A stretch of DNA of 64,000 nucleotides, from contig CAVYKI010000006.1 of assembly GCA_963769025.1 (NCBI GenBank), positions 384,001 through 448,000 on the forward strand, given 5' to 3'. The notes under the pieces were generated by a model. The model saw nothing but the letters and a program-made list of their open reading frames with translations. It ran no database searches and was not told where the DNA came from. The translations under genes and the position numbers were made by a program. The DNA comes from an uncultured Verrucomicrobiae bacterium. GTDB taxonomy: Bacteria > Verrucomicrobiota > Verrucomicrobiia > Chthoniobacterales > Chthoniobacteraceae. Below, one piece after another: positions 41,846-51,800 of this stretch. Position 1 is the stretch's first letter. Every line of letters begins with the position of its first letter.

Positions 41846-42826
41846 ATGAACCTGACCCGCCGTCCCCGCCGCCTCCGCGCCACTCCGCAGATCCGCGCGC
41901 TCGTCCGCGAAGGATCGCTCTCGGCGGACGATTTCATCCTGCCGCTTTTTGTCTCGGAAAAAGTGAAGGGCCGCCAGCCCGTGGCCTCGATGCCCGGCGT
42001 GGCGCAGCTCGACGAGGACACGCTCATCGCCGAGGCGCGCGCGGCCCACTCGGCGGGAGTGCGCGCGGTGCTGCTCTTTGGGATTCCCGCGGTGCGGGAT
42101 GAAAAGGCTACGCAGGCATACGCCGAGGATGGCGTGGTGCAGCGTGCGGTCCGCAGGCTGAAACGCGAGATGCCGGAACTGGTCGTGATGACAGACGTGT
42201 GCCTCTGCGAATACATGAGCCACGGACATTGCGGAGTGACGGAATTCCACGGGGACGCGGCGCACGTCCACAACGACGCGAGTGTGGAGCTGCTCGTGAA
42301 GACCGCGCTTTCCCACGCCAAGGCCGGGGCTGATGTGGTCGCGCCGAGCGACATGATGGACGGGCGCATCGGCGCCATCCGCACCGCGCTCGATGCCGCG
42401 GGCCACGAGCAGACGATCCTCATGAGTTACGCCGCGAAGTTTGCGTCCGCTTTTTACGGCCCCTTCCGCGACGCCGCGGAGAGCGCGCCGCAGTCGGGCG
42501 ACCGCCGGTCGTACCAGATGGACGCGGCCAATGCGCGCGAGGCGCTGCGCGAGGTGGAGATGGATATCGCCGAGGGCGCGGACATCGTGATGGTGAAGCC
42601 CGGCATGCCGTATCTCGACCTCGTCTGGCGCATCAAGGACCGCTTCGGACTGCCGACCGCCGTTTACAACGTCAGCGGCGAATACGCGATGCTGAAGGCC
42701 GCCGCGGCGAACGGCTGGCTCGATGAAAAGGCGTGCGTGCTCGAGCAGATGACCGCCTTCAAGCGCGCCGGCGCGGACCTCATCATCACCTACTGGGCGC
42801 GCGAGTGCGCCGGGTGGCTGAAGTAG
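41846..42826 (+). CDS. hemB: Porphobilinogen synthase (Zn-type)
   Basis: RPRRLR, DVCLCEYMSHGHCG, SDMMDGR, YGPFRDA, MVKPG, YNVSGEY. Confidence 0.97.
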   Translation: MNLTRRPRRLRATPQIRALVREGSLSADDFILPLFVSEKVKGRQPVASMPGVAQLDEDTLIAEARAAHSAGVRAVLLFGIPAVRDEKATQAYAEDGVVQRAVRRLKREMPELVVMTDVCLCEYMSHGHCGVTEFHGDAAHVHNDASVELLVKTALSHAKAGADVVAPSDMMDGRIGAIRTALDAAGHEQTILMSYAAKFASAFYGPFRDAAESAPQSGDRRSYQMDAANAREALREVEMDIAEGADIVMVKPGMPYLDLVWRIKDRFGLPTAVYNVSGEYAMLKAAAANGWLDEKACVLEQMTAFKRAGADLIITYWARECAGWLK

Positions 42827-42881
42827 TGCGGGCGGGGAAACCGGTGGACTCGACCGGGACGTTGTGAAAGTTTGCGCCCGA

Positions 42882-44054
42882 ATGGCCACGATTGCCGAAA
42901 AACTGATCCCGGAGCCGCTGCGGCCCATTTTTGGAAAAGTGCGGGACGGACAGCGAATCACCGACGCCGAGTGCCTCGAACTCTATCGCTCGAACGACGT
43001 CAATGCGCTCGGCATGATCGCGAACATCATCCGCGAGCGGAAGAACGGGAACGTCGGCACCTACATTCACAATCTCTACGTCAACTATTCGAACCACTGC
43101 ATCCTGCGCTGCCAGTTCTGCGCGTTCGGCGCGCGGAAGAACGAGGCGCATGCGTTTGAGCTGAGCAGTGACGAAATCGAGCAGCGCGTCCGGCACGGGC
43201 TCGAGATGGGCATCACGGAAATCCACATGGTCGGCGGACTGCACCCGTCGCTGAAGCCCGAGTGGTATCTGGAATTGATCACCCGGCTCCGCGCCTTGGA
43301 TCCAAATCTGTTCATCAAGGCATTCACCGCAGTGGAAATCCGCCACCTCGCGGATCGCGTTTTCAAAACCGGCGTGCGCGATGTCCTCGGGCGCCTTCGG
43401 GATGCGGGATTGAATGCCATCACTGGCGGTGGCGCGGAGATTTTCGACCCGGCGATTCGCGACCAGATCTGCCGTGGAAAGGAAACCGCTGAGGAGTGGG
43501 CGGAGGTGCACCGGACGTGGCACGAGATGGGCATGCGCAGCACGGCGACGATGCTTTTCGGCCACGTCGAGAGGCCCGAGCATCGGGTGGATCACCTCCG
43601 GCGGCTGCGCGAACTCCAGGACATCACTGGCGGCTTCACGGGGTTCATCCCGTTTGCATTCGAGAGCGAGGGCGCGCGTCCGGAGCTGCGCCACATCCCG
43701 CGCGCGACGGCGTTCGAGGAACTGCGGAACCTCGCGATCAGCCGCATCTACCTGGACAACTTTGATCACATCACCGCGTACTGGGTGAGCCTCGGCCTGC
43801 CGATGGCGTCGCTCGCGCTGAACTACGGCGTGGACGATCTGCACGGCACGATCAAGGAGGAGAAAATCTTCCACATGGCGGGCGCGACCACACCGGTGCA
43901 GCAGACGATCCTCGCGATGGAGAAGGCGATCACCGAGGCGGGCCGCATCCCGATGCAACGCGACACGTGGTACCGCCGCATCGAAAGCACAAGGCCGAAG
44001 CCTTTGCCGATGCGGGGCGGCGCGGAAACGCAGGCGGAACCGGTGGGCGCGTGA
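42882..44054 (+). CDS. mqnE: Aminofutalosine synthase (radical SAM)
   Basis: CILRCQFC, VGGLHP, IKAFTAVEI, GGGAEI, RIYLDNFDHITAYW, EEKIFHMAGA. Confidence 0.9.
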   Translation: MATIAEKLIPEPLRPIFGKVRDGQRITDAECLELYRSNDVNALGMIANIIRERKNGNVGTYIHNLYVNYSNHCILRCQFCAFGARKNEAHAFELSSDEIEQRVRHGLEMGITEIHMVGGLHPSLKPEWYLELITRLRALDPNLFIKAFTAVEIRHLADRVFKTGVRDVLGRLRDAGLNAITGGGAEIFDPAIRDQICRGKETAEEWAEVHRTWHEMGMRSTATMLFGHVERPEHRVDHLRRLRELQDITGGFTGFIPFAFESEGARPELRHIPRATAFEELRNLAISRIYLDNFDHITAYWVSLGLPMASLALNYGVDDLHGTIKEEKIFHMAGATTPVQQTILAMEKAITEAGRIPMQRDTWYRRIESTRPKPLPMRGGAETQAEPVGA

Positions 44055-44830
44055 GCATGGGCGATCCGTGGGGTGCATTGCGCGGCCTCCGCATCGGCTG
44101 CGTGCGATATCTGAATTCCCGTCCGCTCATCTGCGCGTACGACGGCACCGTGGTGTTCGATCATCCCGCCGTGCTGGCGCAAATGCTCCGCGCGGATGAA
44201 CTCGACGCCGCGCTCGTGCCCGTCTTCGAGGCGCTGCGCGATCCGCGCTACCTGCTCGTGGATGATGTCGCGGTGGGCTGCGACGGCCCGGTGTTCAGCG
44301 TCTTCCTCGCGCACCGCGGCGAGCTGCGCGGCATCCGCTCGGTCGCGCTCGATCCCGCGTCGCTGAGTTCCGCGAATCTCCTGCGCGTCCTGCTCGCCGA
44401 GTATCACGGGCTGCGTCCCGAGTTTGGCGAGACCGGCGAGGCGCGGCTGCTCATCGGCAACCAGGCCATCGAGTTTCGGCAGGCAGAGGAGGGGGATTCC
44501 GACTGGCATTTTCTCGACCTCGGCGAGGAGTGGAAACGCTGCACCGGCCTGCCATTCGTCTTCGCAGTCTGGGCCGTGCGCGCGGGGATCGCGGACACGG
44601 CTGCGGTCGGCGACGCGTTCCGCCGGCTCAGGGATGCGGGCATCGCGCAAATCCCGGAGCTGGTCGTGCACGAGGATTTCGGCGATGCGGAAATGCGCCG
44701 CCGCTACCTCACCGAATTTCTCCGCTTCGGGATCGGCCCGCGCGGCAAGGAAGCGCTCGCCCTTTACCGCGCGCTGCTCACGAAGCACCGGCTCATCGGC
44801 AGCCACGCCGCGCCGCTGGAATTCATCTAG
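44051..44830 (+). CDS. mqnA: Chorismate dehydratase (futalosine pathway)
   Basis: IGCVRYLNSRPL, GPVFSV, LLIGNQA, DLGEEW, GLPFVFAVW; GTGA overlap with mqnE. Confidence 0.92.
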   Translation: MSMGDPWGALRGLRIGCVRYLNSRPLICAYDGTVVFDHPAVLAQMLRADELDAALVPVFEALRDPRYLLVDDVAVGCDGPVFSVFLAHRGELRGIRSVALDPASLSSANLLRVLLAEYHGLRPEFGETGEARLLIGNQAIEFRQAEEGDSDWHFLDLGEEWKRCTGLPFVFAVWAVRAGIADTAAVGDAFRRLRDAGIAQIPELVVHEDFGDAEMRRRYLTEFLRFGIGPRGKEALALYRALLTKHRLIGSHAAPLEFI

Positions 44831-44917
44831 CGGGATTGCCGCCAGTGCCGTGGGAGGGAGTGGGCGGCTCGCTTCGTTTGCGCTTCATTTTTCGCCGCGG
44901 CGTTTCCATGGTGGCGA

Positions 44918-45940
44918 ATGGCTGAAATTGTCTGCTTCGGCGAAGTCATGCTTCGCCTGACCACCCCCGGGTTCACCACGCTCGCCGATGCGACATCGCT
45001 CGACGTGACCTTCGGCGGGGCCGAGGCGAATGTCGCCGTGCAGCTCGCGGAGTTTGGCCGGAGCGCGGCCTTTGTCTCGCGGCTGCCGGAGAATGGGCTC
45101 GGGGACCGCTGCATCGCCGAGCTGCGCGGGCGCGGAGTGGATACCGCTTCCGTCCTGCGCGGCGGCTCGCGGATGGGCATCTACTTTCTCGAGCAGGGCG
45201 TCGGGCAGCGGCCGGGGAAAGTCACCTACGACCGCCAGCATGCCGCGATGAGCGAAATGCAGCCGGGCATGGTGGACTGGGACGCCGTCCTCGCCGGCGC
45301 GAAGTGGTTTCACTGGAGCGGCATCACCCCGGCGCTCGGCGCGGGATGCGCCGCGCTTTGCGAGGAGGCGTGCATCGCGGCGAAGAAGCGCGGCATCACC
45401 GTGAGCTTCGACGTGAACTACCGCGCGAAGCTCTGGAGCCGCGAGGCCGCCGCCGCCACGCTGCGCCCGCTCATGCGCCACGTGGATGTCTGCATCGCCG
45501 GGGAATCCGACGCCGTGGACATCCTCGGCGTCCCGCCGCATCGCGGCGAAGCAGGGCAGCCGGGCGGTGAGGAAACGCGACTGCCTGCGATGGCCCGGGC
45601 GCTTGCGGAGCTGCACGGGTGCAAGACCGTCGCGATGACCTGCCGCGCTGGTGACAGCGCCACGCACACGACCTTCCGCGCCATGCTCCATCGCGCCGGG
45701 GCGGACGCCTTTTCGCGGCGGCATGAAATCACCGTCGTGGATCGCGTCGGGACAGGCGACAGCTTCACCGGCGGCCTCATCCATGCCCTCCTGCGCGGCG
45801 ACGAGCCCGCGCGCGCCATCGAATTCGCCGCCGCCACCGCCGCGTGGAAGCACACCATCGCCGGCGACTGGAACCGCTGCACCGTCGCGGAAGTCGAGTC
45901 GCTCGCCGGCGGAACCGGGGGAGGCCGCATCGGGCGCTAG
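44918..45940 (+). CDS. PfkB sugar kinase (2-keto-3-deoxygluconate kinase-like)
   Basis: FGEVMLRL, GGAEANVA, FDVNYRAKLW, DRVGTGDSF. Confidence 0.9.
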   Translation: MAEIVCFGEVMLRLTTPGFTTLADATSLDVTFGGAEANVAVQLAEFGRSAAFVSRLPENGLGDRCIAELRGRGVDTASVLRGGSRMGIYFLEQGVGQRPGKVTYDRQHAAMSEMQPGMVDWDAVLAGAKWFHWSGITPALGAGCAALCEEACIAAKKRGITVSFDVNYRAKLWSREAAAATLRPLMRHVDVCIAGESDAVDILGVPPHRGEAGQPGGEETRLPAMARALAELHGCKTVAMTCRAGDSATHTTFRAMLHRAGADAFSRRHEITVVDRVGTGDSFTGGLIHALLRGDEPARAIEFAAATAAWKHTIAGDWNRCTVAEVESLAGGTGGGRIGR

Positions 45941-45960
45941 GAAAGACCCGGAAACATCCG

Positions 45961-45989
45961 TTGACAAAATGCCGGGCCGCCTCCAGTCT
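45961..45989 (+). promoter_or_regulatory. sigma70 promoter for rpoZ-smpB
   Basis: TTGACA, 17 nt, CAGTCT. Confidence 0.55.
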
Positions 45990-46034
45990 CCGCTCCCTTT
46001 TTTCCACAGGGGCAACCGCCTTTAACCACAAATT

Positions 46035-46250
46035 ATGATGAGCCATCTAGTCGATGAAGCCGCGAAGAAGATTCAGAATGTTCCCTTCCTGGTGAACATG
46101 GTCTCGAAGCGGGTCCGCCAGCTGACCGCCGGGCACCGCCCGATGATCGATCCCACTCCGAAGATGGGCCTCGCGGACATCGCGCTGCAAGAGATCATCG
46201 AAGGCAAACTCAGCTACGAGCTGAAGGAAATCGAAGAGGAAAAGGAATAG
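46035..46250 (+). CDS. rpoZ: RNA polymerase omega subunit
   Basis: LVNMVSKRVRQL...IALQEIIEGKL. Confidence 0.9.
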   Translation: MMSHLVDEAAKKIQNVPFLVNMVSKRVRQLTAGHRPMIDPTPKMGLADIALQEIIEGKLSYELKEIEEEKE

Positions 46251-46284
46251 CGCCGGCCCGCTCGACGGGCGGGCATGATTGACG

Positions 46285-46752
46285 ATGGGCACGGGCGGCG
46301 ACATTTCGGTCAACCGCAAGGCGCTGCGCGACTTTCACATCCTCGACCGGTTCGAGGCGGGGATCGAGCTGAAGGGCACGGAGGTGAAGGCCATCCGCGC
46401 CGGGCTGGCGAATGTGAGCAACGCGTTTGCGCGCATCGAGGGCGGCGAGGCGTGGCTGTTCGACCTGGACATCCAGGGCTACGACAAGGCGAGCTTTGAG
46501 CAGCACGTGCCGAAGCGGAGGCGCAAGCTGCTGCTGCACCGGCAGGAGATCGACAAGCTGTTCGGCAAGGTGCAGGTGGCCGGGCATTCGCTCATCGCGC
46601 TGCGGCTCTACTGGAAGGAGTCGCGGGTGAAGGTGGAACTCGGCGTGGGCAAGGGGAAGCTCGCGCACGACAAGCGCGAGGACATGAAGGAGAAGGTGGA
46701 GACGCGCGAGGCGGCGCGGGCGATGTCGGAATTCAACAAGAAGCGGAAGTAA
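46285..46752 (+). CDS. smpB: SsrA-binding protein
   Basis: NRKA, EAGIELKGTEVKAIR, RKLLLHRQEI, GKGK..DKRE. Confidence 0.97.
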   Translation: MGTGGDISVNRKALRDFHILDRFEAGIELKGTEVKAIRAGLANVSNAFARIEGGEAWLFDLDIQGYDKASFEQHVPKRRRKLLLHRQEIDKLFGKVQVAGHSLIALRLYWKESRVKVELGVGKGKLAHDKREDMKEKVETREAARAMSEFNKKRK

Positions 46753-46830
46753 GGGCAGTGTTGCGAGGTGAGAACTGAGAGGTGAGGCGCAAGTGGACTT
46801 GCGGATACCACCCCGCCTGCGGTGCCACCT

Positions 46831-48108
46831 TCAGCTTTCGACGCCCGACCCTGCCCCGAGCGGTTCGCCGTAGGTGAGTTCGTCGGGGAGCGGGACGAAT
46901 TCGCGGATCCAGTCCCAGAGCTGGGAGAAGTCCTTGTTCACGTCGCCCGAGAGGCAGTCGGTGATCTGGTCCGCGGCTTCGGGGTGGCGCTGGGTGACTT
47001 CGCGGAATGAGAATTTCGGATCGTAGAACGCATAGACCAGCTTGCGCATGTTCTCGACGCCTTCGCGGATGGCGGCGCCGTATGGCGCGAAGTGTGCGGG
47101 CGAGAGATCGCCGCTGACGAGCCCCTCGTGCACCGCTTCGCCCGCGAGGTGCCCGCATCTTCAGCGCGAGCATGACGCCGCTGCTGAAGACCGGATCGAG
47201 AAACGCGAACGCATCGCCGAGCAGCAGCAAGCCCCGGCGCGGCGCAGTAGCGCGAGTAGCGGCTGTATTCGCTGGTGACGAAATACTCGCCCGTGGATGT
47301 CGCCGACGCTGAGGTGGTCCTTGATCCACAGGTTCTCCTCCACCTCGCGGTGGAAAATCTCGCGCGGGTCCTTCACTCCGCCGCGCGTGAGGTATTTGCC
47401 CTCGGCGACGACGCCGACGCTCACCATGTCGTTGTGCTGCGGGATGTGCCAGAACCAGCCCTTGTCCGGCACGAACGCGACGGTCGTCTCGCCTTCGTCG
47501 ATGCCCGGCTCGCGCTTCGAGCCCTTGTAGTAGGTCCACACGGCGATCTTGTTGAGGTACGGATCGGCATGCGCCAGCCGCGGCGGTTCGAGGTGAACGC
47601 CTCCTTGCCCGAGCAGTCGAGCGTGATGGGCGCGCGCACCTCGTAGGTGCGGCCGGTCGTGCGGTCCGTGGCCTCGACGCCGATGACGCGGTCGCCGTCC
47701 ATGAGCAGGCGGTTCACGATCGTCTCCTCGCGGACCTCCGCGCCCTTCTCGCGGGCGTTGTCGAGCGAGCATCTGGTCGAATTCCGAGCGCAGCACCTGC
47801 CACGTCTGCGCGACGGTTTCCTTGTCGTAGCGGTTGAAGAAATAGAACGGCTGCGAGCGTTTCCCGTCCGGCTGCACGAAGGTCACGCTGTATTTCTTCA
47901 CGAAGTGCGACGCCTTCATCTTCGGGATCATCCCGATGCGCTTCAGCGGCTCGAAGGTGAAAGGAATCAGCGATTCGCCGATGTGGTAGCGCGGGAATTT
48001 GTCGCGTTCGAGGACGAGGACGCGATGGCCGTATTCCGCAAGAATCGCCGCGGCGCTCGAGCCGGCGGGGCCGCCGCCGATGAGGATGGCATCGTAGTCG
48101 TGGTTCAT
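46831..48108 (-). CDS. Flavin-dependent halogenase-like oxidoreductase, several frameshifts
   Basis: GGGPAGS, FPRYHIGESL, RSEFDQML, GWFWHIP (WxWxIP), GDAFAFLDPVFSSG spread over four ORFs; shifts near 47768, 47568, 47300-47255, 47160. Confidence 0.85.
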
Positions 48109-48271
48109 GGGTCAGTGAGTATGCCCCCGTGTGGCTTAGAGCGGAAGTAGGCGTTTGGCATCGCTCTGATGCCGGGGCGGGATAAGCGACGCATCGACAT
48201 GGCCAACCCGGGGGCAGTTCGCGCCAATATTCGCGTGGACGCCAGGGCGGGCGGTTTGGATTCTTCCGCCG

Positions 48272-48823
48272 ATGAAAAAGCTCCTCCTTCCTCTCGTTGC
48301 GTTCGGACTCTGCATTCCCGCCGCCCGCGCGGAAACTCCCAAGCCCGCTGCTGCCAGCCAGGCATCACAACCGGCCTCGAAATTCAGCACCGAGTACGAA
48401 GGACGCGCTTACAGCTTTCCAGACGAGGCATCGCTCGCGAGATGGAAGGCGGATCGCGAGGCGAGCATCTACCAGCAAATCGGCGGCAAGCCCTCGATGG
48501 ATGCCGCCATCGAGATTTTCTACAAAAAGGTGCTCGCAGACAGCCGCATCAAGCACTTCTTCGAGGACGTGGACATGGTGCGCCAGCGGACGAAGCAGAA
48601 CCAGTTTCTCTCGGCGGCGTTTGGCAGCCCTGTGCCGTACGAAGGCAAGGATCTGCGCAAGGCGCACGCGAAGCTGCCCGGCCTGAACGACAGCCATTTC
48701 GACGCTGTCGCCGAGCATCTCCAGGCGACGCTCACCGAGCTGAAGGTGAAGAAGGAACTCATCGACAGAATCATGGCCATCGCCGGGAGCACCCGCGCGG
48801 ACGTGCTGAACCGGACGAAGTAG
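48272..48823 (+). CDS. Group I truncated hemoglobin with signal peptide
   Basis: SIYQQIGG, FYKKVLAD, FF, proximal His in LRKAH, HFDAVAEHL; N-terminal MKKLLLPLVAFGLCIPAARA. Confidence 0.9.
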   Translation: MKKLLLPLVAFGLCIPAARAETPKPAAASQASQPASKFSTEYEGRAYSFPDEASLARWKADREASIYQQIGGKPSMDAAIEIFYKKVLADSRIKHFFEDVDMVRQRTKQNQFLSAAFGSPVPYEGKDLRKAHAKLPGLNDSHFDAVAEHLQATLTELKVKKELIDRIMAIAGSTRADVLNRTK

Positions 48824-48894
48824 TCCGGCGCATCGTCTTCGGGCGTCGCGCCCCGGCCTTGCACGCGGGGCGTTTCCCCGTGAAAGTCCGCGCC

Positions 48895-51800
48895 ATGAAG
48901 CTGCGCTTTTTCCTCCCGTTGCTCGCTGCATGCCTTCCGCTCCATGCCGAGGAGCCGGATTATTTTCCTGGGGTCGCGAAACTGATCGAGGACCGCTGCC
49001 TCGATTGCCACACTGCGGATGACCCGGATGGGAAGCTGGTGATGGAGCGGCATGAGGACATCCTGAAAGGCGGGGAAAGCGGGGCGGTGGTAACGGCGGG
49101 GAAGGGCGGCGAGAGCCTGCTGGTGAAGTATCTGCGCGGCGAGGTGGAGAAGGACGGAAAGAAGAGATTCATGCCGCCGGGCAAGCGCGAAAAGCTGACG
49201 GCCGACGAGATCGAGATGTTCGTGAAGTGGATCGATGCGGGCGCGAAGCCGCCACAGCGCGCGATGGAAAAAAAGATCGTGGAGGTGCCGAAGGTGCAGC
49301 CCAAGGGGACGCCGCGCGTGCCGGTGAATGCGCTCGCCTTTTCGCCGCAGGCGAAGCTCGTGGCGGCGGCGCACGGCACGGTGGTGGAACTCGTGGATCC
49401 GGCTTCGCAGGCGGTGGTGAAGCGGCTCGAAGGGCACCGGGGTGCGGTGAATGCAGTCGTTTGGTCGGCGGATGGCACGATGCTGTTCGCGGCGTCGGGC
49501 GAGCAAGCGATTGAGGGCGAGGTGCGGCAGTGGAACGTCTCGGAGGCGAAGTTGGCGCGCATATTCACGGGACACCGCGACATGATTTTCGCGGTCGCGC
49601 TTTCCCCGGACGGGAAGACGCTCGCGACCGGGAGCTACGACCAGAAGATCAAGCTGTGGAATGTCGCGGAGGGGACGGAGCGGAAGACTTTGGGCGGGCA
49701 TAACGGCGCGGTGTTCGGGCTGGCGTTCCGGCCCGACGGGAAGCTGCTCGCGAGCGCGAGCGCGGACCGCACGGTGAAGCTCTGGGACGTGGCCAGCGGC
49801 GAGCGGCGCGACACGCTGAGCCAGCCGACCAAGGAGCAATTCGCCGTGGCGTGGAGCGCCGACGGGAAGCGGCTGGCGGCGGTGGGAGCGGACAACCGCA
49901 TCCGCGTGTGGCAGGTGTCGGCCGACGCGAAGGAGACGACGAATCCGCTCGTGGTCGCGCGGTTCGCGCACGAGCAGCCGATCCTGCGGCTCGTGTGGAG
50001 CGCGGATGGCGCGACGATGCTGAGTTCCGCGCAGGACGGCACGGTGCGCGTGTGGGATGCGGCGGAGGTGAAGGAGCGCATGCTGCTGGAGAAGCAGCCG
50101 GATTGGCCGACGGCGCTGGCGTTTTCCGGCGATACCGTGGTGACCGGGCGCGCGGATGGGACGGTGGCATTTTACGATGCGAAGACGGGGAAGGTGATCG
50201 TGGCGCCGAAGAGCGGCGCGGTGGAGAAATGCGGACATGAGATGCGATCGAGGAAGATTTTCTGCCAGGCGAAGACGGCGATGGCGAAGCCGGCTTCAGC
50301 GCCGAAGGGGCCGTCCGTGTCGGGCATTTCGCCGCGTGGCATCGAGCGCGGGCCGATGTTGGAACTGAAACTGACGGGAGCAAATCTGCCGGCGATCCTG
50401 TCGGTGAAATGTGAAGATGCGCGGGTGCGGGTGTTCACGGGCTCGCCGGAAAAGGACGCGGTGCCGGTTGTCATCTCCACGCCGGGGAATCTTCCGCGCG
50501 GCGGGTATGCGATCGTCGTGAGCGGTGCGGATGGGAAGGAAATCGGGCGCGCCACGCTGCGCATCGAGGACATCACGGTGATCGACATTCCTGCCGCGTC
50601 GGCGATGCAGAAGCTCACCGCGCTGCCGGTGAATGTGTGGGGGACGATTGCCAAGGCGGGGGAGAGCGACCGGCATGAGTTCGAGGCGAAGGTGGGCACG
50701 ACGCTGATTTTTGACTGTCAGGCGAAGGCGCTCGGCTCGAAGGCGAATGCGGTGCTCACGCTCGTGGACGCCGCGGGGCGCGTGCTGGCGACGGACAATA
50801 ATTTCGATGCGAGCGGCGATCCGTTCATCGCGCACAAGTTCGCCGCGGATGGCCGCTATGCGATCGTGGTGGGCGATGCGATGATGACCGGGAGCGCTGA
50901 GCACTTCTACAACCTGACCGTCGGTGCGCTTCCGTTTGTGACCGCGCTTTTTCCGCTGAGCGTGCCCGCGAATTCGGAGACGAAAGTGGAACTGGTCGGC
51001 TACAATCTTCCCGCCGATCCGGCCTCGCGGACGGTCGCGGTGAAGGCCGGTGCGAGCGGAACGGCACCGGTCAAACTGGATGGGCAGAAATTCCGCAGCC
51101 GCGCCCCGGCGGCACTGGCTGTGAGCGAGGAGCCGAATTTTGTGGCTGCCGCGGGATGCGACACGGTGAGGGGCGCGCAGAAGCTTGACGTTCCATTTTC
51201 CGTGAACGGCCGTTTTCTCAAGGCGGGAACGGCGGAGCATTTCCGTTTCACGGCGAAGAAGGGCATGAGCTACGCGATCGAGACGGAGGCATCGCGCCGC
51301 GGTTCGCCGGTGGACACGAAGATCTCGGTGCTTTGGCCGGATGGGCGGCCGGTCGAGCGATTGCTGCTGCAGGCGGTGCGCGACAGCGCGATCACATTTC
51401 GGGCGATTGATTCCGCGGTGCCGGACGTGCGCGTTGAAAACTGGCGCGAGATGGAACTGAACGAGCTGATGTGGATGCAGGGCGAGGTGGCGAAGATTTT
51501 CCGGATGCCGGAGGGGCCGGACAGCGGTTTTGCGTTTTACGCGAACGCCGGGAAGCGCATCACGCACTTCGACACAAGCGCGACAGCGCACTCGGTCGAT
51601 GAGCCGTGCTACATCGTGGAACCGCATCCGCCGGGTGCGAAGCTGGTGGCAAACGGGCTGCCGGTCTTCACACTGAATTTCGAGAACGACGACGACGGCT
51701 CGCGCAACGCGGGCAGCGACTCGCGCCTGCTCTTCACCGCCCCGGCGGATGGCGACTACGTCGTGCGCGTTCAGAACAGCCGCGGTGACGCGGGCGAGCG

